Under the pieces are notes generated by a model that saw nothing but the letters and a program-made list of their open reading frames with translations, ran no database searches and was not told the origin of the DNA. A stretch of 64,000 nucleotides of DNA, taken from NCBI GenBank assembly GCA_002269645.1, contig NIVC01000105.1:473992-537991 (forward strand), read 5' to 3'. Source of the stretch: Macrostomum lignano (Eukaryota). Positions within the stretch are counted from its first letter, which is position 1, and each line of letters opens with the position of its first letter. Positions 47,401 to 59,761 of this stretch are shown here, in pieces. Position numbers and translations under genes: made by a program.

Positions 47401-48641
47401 ATGGCATGTTGCTATTTTCCGCGTCCAGGTCAACATTGTCATCACGTGCCGAATCTGCCACAGAGGCAGAATCAGATTCGATAGCTGCTGCGGCTGCGCT
47501 GGGGTCTTTGGAGCCGGCTTGGCCAGCCCCTTCCAGCACAGGGACAGAGCCGCTATCTGACGTAATTCGATCTGGCACTGTCCGGTGACCCGTGCTGCTC
47601 TGCCGTGATGGCGAGGACCGGAGACTTTGGTATTGTGGACGCATTAATGCAGCTTGGTTGCTCTGCAGGTACTTCGGCTAGATTTGGCACTGAAGCCGGC
47701 GTTGCTACATCTGCCTTTTCCCTGGGAGATGGTGGCGTATCAGATGGCGGTGCTAGTGCGCAGTCCATACCTGCCGGGCAGCTAAGGGCTGCTAGGCTGT
47801 ACGGAGCATCCGGCGAGATGCTGTCGGCACTGCTTCTGGAGGCCCTGTTGCTGTTGGGCTCCTTACTGACCACACCAGTATCACCAGAGGTAGTTGCGGC
47901 GCCAGAAGGACCGGCGGGCAGCCGTACTGGTTTTTTGCCTAGGCCTAGCAGATTTCGGCCAAAGGCCTCCATCTTGTCGACCGATGATCGATTGTCGACT
48001 CGCTTGGCCGCAGGAAGGCCGGAAGGTTTAGCAATTTTGGTAGGCGGGACCTGTTTGCTCATTTCTGCTAGTATAAATGCTGTCTATAAAATAAAACTAA
48101 AACTAGTAGCTCTTTACACAAAGATTAGAGCTAGGGGGAGCAGAATGGTGAGCAGTTAGAGTCGCAGACCTTTTCAATATTGGATATTCTTTGCCTTGTA
48201 GAGGAATTTTTTGCGCGCGCGCAGACGGTCTCCGGAGAAGAAGGAAAGGAAAAATACCTAATGCCTATTAATGCAAGTTAATTAAAGAAGAAGGCAGGAA
48301 AGCTGCTCAGCAACTAATTGATGAATAATAAAATTGTGTTACAGTATTTTATAAGTAAATATAATGGTTACAGTATGCAGTAATGTATTGCAAAATTATA
48401 ATTTAATTTTTTGGATTTTTGGCTTTTTTCTGTATTAATTTCGGTTATTTAGAGATTGAACTAGGACCACTCAGCTACTTTAGAAGAGAGCTTTGGTGGC
48501 CTAGGGAAAGTTTATAAAGATTTGGAAAAATTTGAGCAGGGGTTTGCTGCAAATTTAAAATTTAAATTTTAGCCTATTGAATTAATGTAAATTTTAAAAT
48601 TTAATTAGCTCAGTTAATATTTAGAGTTTGGAGCTGAGTCT

Positions 48642-50972
48642 GGTAGTTTAATCGTAGGCGAGCGGTCTTCGGTTGGCGCGAGCGTTCAGTTGGCGGGTCC
48701 TTAGACACCGTAAATTCAATGCACTTCGTATGCTTGATTTACTACTAACAGTAGAGTAGCGCTGCCACCACCGTAATTTGCGTATTACGGAACGTTGAAA
48801 AGTCTCACAGCTTGCTTCGAGATGAGACTGGGTTATTTTACGCCCCATGGGCAAATGACTCAAGATAAGCTATGGTCTTGATTAATGAAGCAACGAAAAT
48901 TAATTGGTTCACTGTATTTTAGACTGAATAAATGAAACTAGCTAAATTATTATTAATATTATTAATATGCGACGAGTTATGATTCGATGGTGCCGCGAGG
49001 GCGACTACAAATGATCAACTATGCAAATGAGAGAATTTACTATCAGTACGCAGGCAATGCGTCAAAGGAGAAAAGGATGGATAAGGAACAAAACACGGGA
49101 ACAACAATTTAACGTCCTCACAGCGTAATATTTATAGTAGTTAACGGAACATTTCATGGCGTTGATTGAACAGTAAAAGAAACTTTAGTTATTTAACTGG
49201 ACCTTGTGGTCATAAATATGAACACGAGTAAATTAACACTGGGAAGACGGGCAAAAATAACAAGTTCAAAATAAAGGGGCACAATGGCCAGAACCGGGGA
49301 ACCCAGGGCCAGAATCAGGGAGCGGAAGATGACGGAAGGGTGGCGTAGGGCAGCACCATAAGGTGGACAGAGAAGGGCCAGACCCGGGACTACGGAAAAT
49401 AATTCACAGCCCGAAACTGAACGAAGATTAAAATTCAAAAAGTCAGTGGGAGGCTCATCCTACCACATGCGCCCCCGTGCCGTGGCGAAGGAAACACAAT
49501 CAGAGACCTCCCGGTCCTCAGAGCCGTTGGCCGCGGCGCGAGCGGCTGGCGCGGCCGCCTCGGGTCGCCTGGCGGGCGCCGCGGGCCGTGCCGTTAGTTG
49601 TTCGGGCGGGGGTCTGGCCGGTGTCCTGGCCGTCGGTGCTGTGGCCAGCGCCGTTCGTTCCTGGGCGGTTGCCAACTGGGGCCGGCCGTGCTGGTGATGC
49701 CGATCGGGTTGACCAGGTAGAGTCGGCCACCGTCGTAATGAAGTCGCTCCGGGCGCTTTTCCACCGCCTCATCCCAAAACGCTCGGAGGCGGGGCGTCCA
49801 CCCGGCGCTAAGAAGACCGGCCTCCCAATACGCTATGGCCAGGAACAGGGCCAAAGCAGGGCGAGGGTGCCCTCTTCGTAACCGAAGGCAGTTCTCGGCC
49901 TTGGTTAAAAATTCGTCGAGAATATCGCCGTTGGCTCCCGGTGGCATCCAGCGGCACAACAAGCGCCAGAGGCCGTCGATGCGCACCCGGCCTCGGCGGA
50001 CGACTTGGCGATATTCATATTCCAGCGCGGCTCGTAGCTGCTCTCGAGCCGGGGCGGCTCCAGAAAGAGTCGCCGCATAGGCGCGCAGACGTGCGGGCTC
50101 GCCGGGTCGAAGGCCAGGGCTGACCCTCGGGGCCGGTCGCAGAGGCATTCAATGGTGCATTGGCAATAGGGAAAATTTGCAACCGGAGCAACGAATTAAT
50201 AGTAGCAAACGATAATTAGTTGACGAGCGAGATATAGAAGATTGGCCGGAGAATAAATTTTAAGATTGGCGCAATTGAAAAATCAAACGCTTAAATACTC
50301 GTATGGCGGGCCAGAATATGAACAAAGGGGGGCCAGAAAACGGCCAATAAACGAAAATACCCCTCCAGCGCATTTTAGTTGAGGAAGCGCCTGAAGATTG
50401 GGGGTGGAGAGAAATCAAAAAGAGGTAATAAAATGATAACCACTAGAGAGGGGTGCGGTGCCGCCTGTCCAGGGTTAGGCTGAACGCCAAACGGTTGAAA
50501 CGGGGAGGCCCCGAATGGGCTCACAAGAATGGGGGGCAAGGGGCACTTTAGAGTTTCGCAAAATAAGTTAAGAAATATACAACGTGACTACCAGTAACAA
50601 AATTGAGGTTTCCTAACCAGCTTTAATATTAGGTATAACTGAATATAAGAAATTAACCGAAACATCGCACAGGTCTCCATAAGGAGCTATGCAAACAAAA
50701 AGGAGGAAAAGACACTAGAGAAGAATTTTCCCAGGCTTTGCTCAACAGAGATCAGGAGCCCAGTCTCATCCCCGTAAAATACCCAGTCTCATCTCGAAGC
50801 AAGCTCTGAGACTTTTCAACGTTCCGTAATACGCAAATTACGGTGGTGGCAGCGCTACTCTACTGTTAGTAGCAAATCAAGCATACGAAGTGCATTGAAT
50901 TTACGGTGTCTAAGGACCCGCCAACTGAACGCTCGCGCCAACCGAAGACCGCTCGCCTACGATTAAACTACC
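48642..50972. mobile_element. 2.33-kb unit bounded by ~200-bp inverted repeats; candidate unusual 3' LTR of the adjacent Gypsy, or a TIR element
   Basis: 48642-48842 is the reverse complement of 50773-50972 (two substitutions and one indel seen); no TSD; abuts a PPT-like ggggggag on the minus strand; internal GC-rich ORF. Confidence 0.65.
49594..50148 (-). CDS. Unknown protein inside the inverted-repeat-bounded unit (may extend by frameshift into 49460..49675)
   Basis: 184-aa GC-rich ORF with a non-repetitive central part (LEYEYRQVVRRG...FLAIAYWEAG...LYLVNP); no motif recognised. Confidence 0.4.
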   Translation of the reverse strand: MPLRPAPRVSPGLRPGEPARLRAYAATLSGAAPAREQLRAALEYEYRQVVRRGRVRIDGLWRLLCRWMPPGANGDILDEFLTKAENCLRLRRGHPRPALALFLAIAYWEAGLLSAGWTPRLRAFWDEAVEKRPERLHYDGGRLYLVNPIGITSTAGPSWQPPRNERRWPQHRRPGHRPDPRPNN

Positions 50973-53900
50973 CTCCCCCCGGAATTGAGGACCCCGGCAG
51001 ACGGAGTATCTACGAGTTGTTTCTATCGGGATTCGTCCACGCAAATTTTCCCCGATAGCGCAAACTCCTTGTACACCTACTAAAGTATTTTGATTAATAT
51101 TTTGATGCTGCACTTGTTGATTTGGCACTGACTGCACATTATTTTGATTTTGCACTGGCATAAACTGCTCATTATTTTGATGTTGCACTGACATAAACTG
51201 CTCATTATTTTGATGTTGCGCTGGCATAAACTGCTCATTATTTTGATGTTGCACTGGCATAAACTGCTCATTATTTTGATGCGCTGGCATAAACTGCTCA
51301 TTATTTTGATGTTGCACTGGCATAAACTGCACTGCGTCTTCGTACTCGTCTTCACTTTCTGAGTCATTGTACACATTCGGCTGACTATTGGCTAACTGTT
51401 CCCTATGACTACTTTTGATAATTGTTCTACAATTTCGTAAACTGCCCTTTGTTTTCTGTGAAATTTGTTAGCCTCTGTATTAGCAATTACTTGATTATTG
51501 ATAAATACTAAGCTTCCTACAGGCAATTTTTCGGCTTAGGCTTATTAGAGTACTCCTGCTCACGGTTTTGTTGCACTAATTTTAATCTCTTTCTTGCTAG
51601 TTCTTGGCCTTCCTGCAGATTCTGTTGATGTTCCTGGACATAAGATGGCAAATCCTGAAACTGCTTTGGCTCGTTCAGCTCATTGTCACAGGGCATTCTA
51701 GCCTCTCGGCCAAAGACTAAATAATGCGGACTAAATCCTGTGGCAGTGTGCGTGCTGGTTCTCAGAGCTGTTATGCAACCTGGCAACAGAACGTCCCAGT
51801 TGGAATGCTCCTTCTCCAGTAAACAGGTGAGAATTGATTTTATCTGCTTATTAAGGTTTTCTACTAAGCCATTGCTCTGCGGATGATAACTAGTTGTTCG
51901 AGTGTGTCTAATGCCATAGAGGTCTAAAAATTTTTAAAGGCCCTACCAGTGAACTGTGTTCCCTGGTCTGTGTGAATCCATTGTGGAATCCCAAAATCAG
52001 CGAAAACTCGTTCTTGTAAAATTTTGATAACTGTTTTTGCCTTCTGATTTCTAATTGCGAATGCGAATGAAAACTTGCTAGTGCTGTCTATGACTGAAAG
52101 TACATATTTGTTTCCTGATTTGCTAGTTTGGCCAATAGGTCCTATCAGATTGGAATTGGAATCATGGATCATGGAATTGGTGAAAGACTTCACTATCCAG
52201 AGACTTGGGCAACACTACCTTTGGATCAGTCTGCCCCATAGATAAGTCTATCTTGAGTACAGCGTCCTCAATTCTGAGCAACTCGTAGTAACCTAGGAGG
52301 TTCCTACAGTCGTGGGTTAACTCTAGTCGTTCTTGAAATGTCGGTTTAGGCAAGTCATTCTCAATTAAATTTCTAACAAAGCCTACCGCCGGATCGGCTA
52401 GCTGTGCTGCGATCAATTGCTCACGGCGAACTGGGCTACGGAGATAGTCACTGAGCAGGGCATTGCATGCAGGCGGATTTCCGGTTTTAGGCTCCTGTCC
52501 CTGTCTATTGTCTAGCCTACTGCTACTAAAGATCGGAGTATTGTGTCGGTTCGTTACAATGTCTTGTGACGAACAGCATGACGGAACTCCACTGCTCGAG
52601 CTACAGGTTTCAGCGAACGCGGAATTGCCTGAGCTAACAGTAAAAGCTGATGCTGGGTCTGTATTCACAGTTGCCCTACAGCTTAGCGACCTGGCATGTG
52701 GGGACATCTCTTCCGGTTGAGGATCAGGGATCCTGGATAGAGCGTCAGCATTCACATGTTTAGGGCTACTTCTATGTTCTATCTCAAAATCAAATTCGGA
52801 AAGTCTTTCGATCCAACGACCTAAAATGCCTGTCTGTTCGGTTTGGCGAAGCAACCAGGTTAGGGCATTGTGATCAGTGCGCACCTTAAAACGTTTTCCT
52901 ACGAGGTAAAATCTAAAGTACTTCAGCGAGTCAACAATCGCTAGAAGCTTCTTCCTCGTAATCGGATATCTAGTTTCTGACTGCCTCATCTTCCGACTAT
53001 AATACGCGATCGGCCTTTCTATGCCGTCGCTCTGAACTTGATTCAAGACCACCCCAATTCTGACATCTGATGCATCAGTGTCTAACACAAAATAAACTTG
53101 GGGGTCTGTATTTAACTCTGGGTAAGCAAGCACTTCTTCGGAACACATCCGTTCCTTCAACAACTCGAAGCATTCATCATGAATCCTGATCCATTTGTCC
53201 TGGATAAATTTGATGTTCTTCTTGGTTAACTCACAAAGTGGTGCTGCTACCTCGGCGAAATCTCTAAGAATTTTCTATAGTAATTACTGAGTCCGAGAAA
53301 GCTTCGAAACTCTGTTACAGACTTAGGTTTCGGCCAGTTCCTAATTGCTTCTAATTTTGACGCATCTCTCTTAATTCCTGCTTTGCCTATGACGTGTCCT
53401 AGATATTGTAATTCTGATTTGAAAAGGTGACATTTCTTAACTTTTAGTTTCATGTTAAAATCATGTTAAAGCTTGAATTAATCTCTTGAGCACTTCTTTC
53501 AGGTGTTCTAAATGCGATTCAAAGTCTGCACTATAAACTATTACGTCATCTAAGTAAGCTATGGCGAACTTTTGTGCAATGTCCTTGAGAACTAAGTTCA
53601 TGCACCTTTGAAAAGTTCCTGGGGCTCCTTGCAATCCCATTGGCAATACTCAAACGAGCCTCGATGTAAAGTTGGAAAGCCAGTCTTGCACTTAATCTTC
53701 TTCCCTAAGAGCTATCTGATAATATCCTGAAAATAGATCTAACGTAGAGAATTGACTTGCTCCATGGAGACATGAAAATGTTTCATTGATATTAGTTATT
53801 GGAAACGGAAAGTACTCCGATTTATTGTTTAGTGCTCGATAGTCGTTAACTAATCTCAGCGAACCGTCTTTCTTAGGTACTATGACAAATGAGGTCGAGT

Positions 53901-54947
53901 ACTGCGAGTAACTAGGCCTAATGATGCCTCTAGCCAACATGAGATCTAAATGTTCATCTACCTCCTTGATCCAATGAGGTGGAATCTTCCTAGCTGGTAT
54001 CTGAACTGGGTTGTTGTCCTTAAAGATAATCTCATGAGTGACTAAATGCGTTCTGCCTAAGTCTAACTCGTGCTGCGAGAAAGCTGCCGAATGTTCCTTG
54101 ACGACCTCGATCACCTTTTGTCTCTGCTCCTGAGTCAGTTCAGTTCCTATGTTAATCTCACTAATCCAGTCTTCTGACTTCTCCTGCACTTGACTGATAT
54201 TTTCTCTACCTTCGCAAGACTGTGTTCTTATTCTGCTCTTCTTCTGGCTGTTCCTTCAGATTAGTTAAGCTCGCTAGCTAAGAGTGGTTTAGCCATCCCT
54301 ACTAATGCTGATGCTGGTACTCTTGCTTCCTGTGAACTGGTGTTAATTACTTCTAAATAATCTTCCCCTTGTCTTAGAGTTACTAAACTTGGCACTACAG
54401 TTACTTTCTCTTCTCTAGTCTTTAATCCTGATCTGAGTGGCTCAACAACTGATGGCACTCCAAAATTAGTTTCACTACCTGCTGCTAATCTGACCTTGAC
54501 TAATCCTGAACTATTAGCTGGAACTGTCGTCTTTTCTGCGACATACATTCTCCTAACCTGAGGCTTAGCTCTGGTGGATCGAAGCGGAATTCTAGTTCCT
54601 TGTTTCATGGTTAGCATTCCTGCATCGAAGTCAATGGTAGTACAATATTTTTGGACAAACGTCACACCTATTACATTTTCTACATCTGCGTCCCATAAGA
54701 GAAACTCAACTTCTTCCTCGAAATCGCCAAATGTTGCCTTAATAACTACGAAACCCTTAATTGGAATAGGCTCTTCCATAAGAGAAACAATTCTATTGTC
54801 CCAATGCTTAATTAGATGCCTATTCTTGCCAGTGAAAAGATGCTTCCAGGTTTCGCGTCCTAAGATATTTCTATTACTGCCAGTGTCTAATAGATAAACT
54901 ACTAGCAATCTTCGTCGCCCCTTCGGGGCGCGCAAAAAGAAAAGCAA
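50973..54947 (-). mobile_element. Decayed Ty3/Gypsy pol region (5'-truncated, no gag or 5' LTR seen)
   Basis: Protease LLDTGS (54261..54947); RT DLGRT...RLVNDYRALN, MPMGL, YLDD; RNase H TDAS, RTDHNAL, NADALSR; integrase with a deletion at ~52170 removing most of the HHCC finger; multiple frameshifts; PPT at ~50973-50980. Confidence 0.92.
51138..51330. repeat. ~33-bp tandem repeat (QFMPVQHQNNE)n in the Gypsy integrase tail
   Basis: About six units visible in the ORF 50910..51374. Confidence 0.85.
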
Positions 54948-54969
54948 AAATTATTCATGGAAACAATTA

Positions 54970-55100
54970 CAGTTGCTGGGCCATAGACTCCCAGCTCCTC
55001 AGTTGCTGGGCCACAGACTCTCAGATTCTCAGTTGCTGGGTAACAGACTCCCAGATCCTCAGTTGCTGGGCCATCAGCTTGCCAGATCCTCAGTTGCTGC
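54970..55100. repeat. 30-bp tandem repeat (~4.3 copies) at the Gypsy truncation point
   Basis: cagttgctg starts at 54970, 55000, 55030, 55060 and 55091. Confidence 0.85.
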
Positions 55101-55194
55101 CCACTATCCTCCATGGATTTAAGCTACTAATGGAAGAGCTGCTGAGCTAAATGCAGCCAGGAAACTAAACTCCCTTCACCGCGCATCCCCGCAT

Positions 55195-55455
55195 ACTCAG
55201 CGGCGGCATCGGAGCCTTCAAGGACATCTCGCACCGTATGAGCAGCTAACTGGAGGAGCAGGCAGTGATACTGGACGAATTTGATGAGAACACCACCGAG
55301 AGACAGAGATGAACACCACCGAGAGCAAGCTGGACACCACAATGAAAAAGATGGCCAAAGTGTTGCACATGTCTAATGACAGGCGGCAGTGGACTGTCAT
55401 TGGCGTGTTGTTGCTAGTGCTCATAATTCTCATTGTGCTTTTGTTTGTACTGTGA
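55195..55455 (+). pseudogene. STX6: Syntaxin-6/10-like SNARE and TM fragment
   Basis: LSGGIGAFKDISHRMSS*LEEQAVILDEF(dup/fs)EMNTTESKLDTTMKKMAKVLHMSNDRRQWTVIGVLLLVLIILIVLLFVL*; one stop and a 15-bp duplication (gaacaccaccgagag) causing a frameshift. Confidence 0.85.
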
Positions 55456-56522
55456 ACAGTTAAGTATAAAATACGGCTGCAGTTATCTCATTTTGATTAA
55501 AGATTTTTTAGAAATGCATATCCTGTATGTCAAATACAGATATAGAATCTACAAGTCTTGATCCCAATTATCCCAGTCCTGATTCTTTTTATCACAATCC
55601 CGATCCCCTTAATCGTCAATCCTGATTCCGATTATCCCAATCCTGATCCCATTTATTCCAATTTTGCACTCCTGATCCCATTTAACCCAATCCTGGTTGC
55701 ATTTATCGCCAATCCCTTCAAAATCAGTCTGTTTAGTTTGGATTTTTAGAAGTAGTCATTTGCTTTTGAGTTTTAATACTCAAATTATGCGCAAGTCAAC
55801 GGATTAATAAGCGTTTAAGTTTTATGTTATCCCTTCTTTGTCTTAGTCGCCTATTTTGAATGTTGCAACAAAACTTTTAATTTAGCGTGACCACTACTTG
55901 TCGATTTCGTTAACAGTAGTATCTGATGTACACGCTAAGACAGATTTATATTTAGTAAAAATCGACAGCGATAGTCTGTTTGTATGTATTTGTAATTTGA
56001 CGAATAATTTGAATATTTTAGAGCTGTGACGTTTCTCTCGTTGCTTGTTACCGCAAGGGTGGCTCCTGTACTGTTTTAATTATAAGAGTAATAATGATAC
56101 TCTTTGGTTTCCTACAAGTGTGTACTATGTAGTAAACATAATACTGTACTCAAAGAAGCAAGATATATAGATAATGTGTTCTGTGTTGTTGATTTCTTTG
56201 CATACAAATAATCGATTTATAGTACATTTATGTACTTTGTGTCTAATCAACATTGAATGTGCATGGTGAATGACAGTAAGTTTTAAGTCAAACGAGTTCT
56301 AATAAAAAATATACCTTCCATGCGCATTAACTCCAGAAAATATTCATAAATTTCAGAAACTCAAACTCCTAAAATTCATAAACAGGCACAATGCCGATAG
56401 GATCTTTATTTGACAAATTATTGTACGCTTTTACAATTTTCACTTAACCAAATGTTAAACTACTTAACAAACAGTTCTTCTTCATCATTTCAACAATGCT
56501 TCTTCATTCTTGAATAATGCTT

Positions 56523-56622
56523 CGGCTGCGGCTGCCGCTGCGGCTGCGGCTGCGGCTGCGGCTGCGGCTGCGGCTGCGGCTGCGGCTGCGGCTGCGGCTG
56601 CGGCTGCGGCTGCGGCTGCGGC
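56523..56622. repeat. (GCGGCT)n microsatellite
   Basis: About 16-17 hexamer units. Confidence 0.97.
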
Positions 56623-56793
56623 GGGGAAGGTCACGACATTCAGCAGCTATATGCCCGCGGCGGAGACAGAATCGGCAGAGTCCGACTGTGAAAAGAAAGC
56701 GATTAGATTTGTCACATATTAGTTTTGTGACGTATATTCACTTCACACGAAATGAGTAGTCAAACGAAAACAGATTTAGTCAAAACTACCCCT

Positions 56794-56843
56794 AGGGATA
56801 AGGATTGGGATAGGGATAGGAATAGGGATAGGGATAGGGATAG
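56794..56843. repeat. (GGGATA)n microsatellite
   Basis: About 8 imperfect units. Confidence 0.85.
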
Positions 56844-57756
56844 GAAAAGGGATTCATTTTTCTTACAGGCAGACTTTAACTTATTTTCTACAGGCAGACA
56901 GCTAGGAAGAGACTTCGTTCGGGCGTAGTGAAATTGTTAACAACGGAGTTCGTTATATAGACTATAGTGTACAGTGGCCAGATAAAACCAGATAATGGCT
57001 GCCTGCTCCACCACCCCAAATTTGCTGTTTTTACCCCCAAATCTCTTGTTATCTCTAGCGCTGATTGGCTCCCCCGGTCGGCTTTTGATTCCTGAGTAAT
57101 TTCAACCAACCAGCTACTCCCCAGCCCAGCCCAAAAAGCCTATATTTTGTTTTCAGTGGACAATGAGAGTGAGACATCGTACTTAATCACCTCATTATTG
57201 ATTTTATCTGGTGTCTCTACCTCCAGTAAAAAATTTTGCCACAAAAAGGCACTTTTAAGTCTACGCGTACATTTCAGTTTTGTTTTGTAAAAAGTAAAAG
57301 CGCTGTTAGTATTTGCTCTTATAGTCCAAAAAATCAATAACTTTCCGCGGCTGGCGTAAACAGTCCGAATAAAATAATAGCATGAAAAAAGTCTCAGCGA
57401 TCCAGTGCCACCCAGCGGAGGGGTTGGCGCTGACTGCAGCCCCTAAATCGACCCCAGCCTAAACCAGCGCACCAATCAGAGGCCACTAAATTATAAGGGT
57501 TGTTAAAATTTACAAACAGGGGTGACTAAAAATAGAGTGGACGGTAAGAATAAGGCTAACAGAAAGTCGAGATGCTGACCAATCAGACGGCAGCGAGAAA
57601 ATATTGAGAGTTGTTTTGGGACGAAGGAGTGGCTGCAGGGCTGCAATATATAATCAAAACAAACTGTAAATGCAGTAAACTTTTCGCCTCAACTGTTTCA
57701 AGTCAAGCACAACTTTTATCTACTTTTAACTTAAACTCTTTAAGTAACGAAGAGAA

Positions 57757-59161
57757 ATGGACTCAAACCCTACGCCAGTCCAGAAGGTCAAATACGGCAT
57801 TTCTGCTCTTCTACCCGGCTTGATGGATTCACCGGTCACTGGTCTGATAACGAGACTGACAAAAATCCACGACTACGAGAACAACAAAGCTGGATCAGGC
57901 CAAGTGTTCTCCTTCACTTTGACTGACGACACTGCAGACATCGGAGTGAGCGTTTTTGGCAAGGACCTGAAGTCCTGGCTGGAAATGTGCCAAACGGTCG
58001 AGACAGTGCGCATTTCAGGAGGTTGGATCAAAAAGGCTGACCCAAGGTACAACACTACGGAAAACGAGTATGAGATAAGCGTCTCAGTTGACAGAAGCGG
58101 CACCATCATGACTTCAAACGAGACGGTTAACAGGCGTCCCCGGCACTACAGGAGGATATCGGAAATTTCTGCATGCTAAATGAAAACGTAAATATCTTGC
58201 ACTTTGTACCTTTATTTTCTTTTATACATTTATCTTCTTTTATACATTTTCCTCGTGCTTTATTTGCCTTTTTGCATAAATAATTGGACTTCATTCAGCT
58301 AAATTTGCCCTACTCAAAAACTTTTACTGTACAACAGGAAAGTTGACGTTCGTGGCATCATTTCTGCCGTTGAGAAGCCAAATGAAGTAAAAACTGGTGC
58401 CGGAAAGCTCGACGATTTAGCAAAAGTTACCATCGTTGATCAGTCCGGGTCGTCGTGTCGTGCACTTTTCGGGCCAGTTCTTCTGCGCAGGTGAATAATT
58501 GGTCTACCGGCGACATTCTCGCGATTCATGGCTCTCAAGTTCAAGAGTACGCCGAGATGATAAGCCTCGGCTGTTCGCAAGCGGAAGTGCATCACTGGCC
58601 GGAAAATTCGCAAGAGTTCTCTGACCTAACCGAGTGGTACAACGGCGCCACAGCTAGCCAGCAGCATTTCGAGGCTGTGCGAGCGACACAGACTGCACCA
58701 CCTGAGCAGCAAGCATCACACGATGAAGAAATGATGAAGAAACACTACCCCGAACGAATGTTTCACCAGTTTAACAACATGCGAAGAATAAGACTGCGTT
58801 TCGGAAGCAAAGAGGTTAGTTTATTTCGAAAATGTGTGTTCACTTTAGTTTAATCAATGGCAGTTACTATTGTATACTTCTTATGCCTGTTCACTTCAGT
58901 TTAATCAAAGACGGTTATAATTATATACTTTTCAAACCGAATCCCACTTCACAGGTAACATTTTCACGAGATTCGAACAGCTGGACTCAGCAGGTACCCA
59001 CAGGCTCTACACCTAGGCCTCTGTACACGAGTGACACGTCTCAGCAGAACAGCTGGACTCAGCAGCTACCCACAGGCTGTACACTTAAAACTCCGTACAC
59101 TGGTGACTCGAGCACTCGAAATCAAGAATCTTTGACATCACCGGCAGAGGATGAAGACTAA
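57757..59161 (+). pseudogene. RPA70-like gene with two OB folds (3 exons), disrupted
   Basis: Exons 57757-58187, 58338-58814 and 58955-59161 (GT-AG, phases compatible). OB-A: GQVFSFTLTDDTADIGVSVFG...IKKADPRYNTTENEYEI; OB-B: KVDVRGII...VTIVDQSG(fs)VSCTF...LTEWY. In-frame TAA at 58177-58179; CCAAT boxes upstream. Confidence 0.75.
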
Positions 59162-59169
59162 TTTTTTCT

Positions 59170-59310
59170 TTTTGAATTTCTTCAAACTGAATTCGAACAG
59201 ATATCAATCAGAACATTTTGAATTTCTTCAAACTGAATTCGAACAGATATCAATCAGAACATTTTGAATTTCTTCAAACTGAATTCGAACAGATATCAAT
59301 CGGAACATTT
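59170..59310. repeat. 46-bp tandem repeat x3
   Basis: ttttgaatttcttcaaactgaattcgaacagatatcaatcagaaca starts at 59170, 59216 and 59262. Confidence 0.92.
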
Positions 59311-59761
59311 TTCCCCAACCTCTATTTCTGTACTGTTGTCTTTTAACTTTCGCAAATTTATGCCTCAAACTGCAAGTAAAGATATATTTTTAAGATCTAA
59401 AAATCTATTTATAAATTTGTAACTGCAGAAGGGCTTGAATAATATCACCTTTTTTATTTATAGTAGTAATAAGTAATAATCACGCAAAATTCGCTAGCAG
59501 TTTGACAAGTTTGAATACTTTTTATTTGCATCAATTTGCGACGGAGCCTACGTCTTTAATTCGATAAATAAAAATGATTTCCGGGAAAACTTTTACCCAA
59601 GGCGTAGGCTCTGAATATTTGTCTTTGTCTTTATTTTTCAACTGTTGTTAAACAGTCTGACAAAGGTTTATGGTAGAAGAACATAATTTTTAAAATATAA
59701 GCTTTAACAGTATAATACTCTTATTTAGATCATAAAAAATAATGGGGAATACTATAGGCAT

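Larger units (their letters stand above)
40840..48062 (-). mobile_element. Decayed I/Jockey-group non-LTR retrotransposon (LINE), 3'-truncated, with putative AlkB-containing ORF1
   Basis: Co-oriented AlkB region, ORF1 with three CCHC knuckles (stop at 45117), and ORF2 (APE+RT) starting ATG 45111; interrupted by a mariner at 43188-44970. Inclusion of the AlkB part is inferred. Confidence 0.8.

Noticed and set aside
56510-56759. Poly-Ala and poly-(Arg-Leu) ORFs
   Set aside because: Produced by the (GCGGCT)n microsatellite; no other coding evidence.
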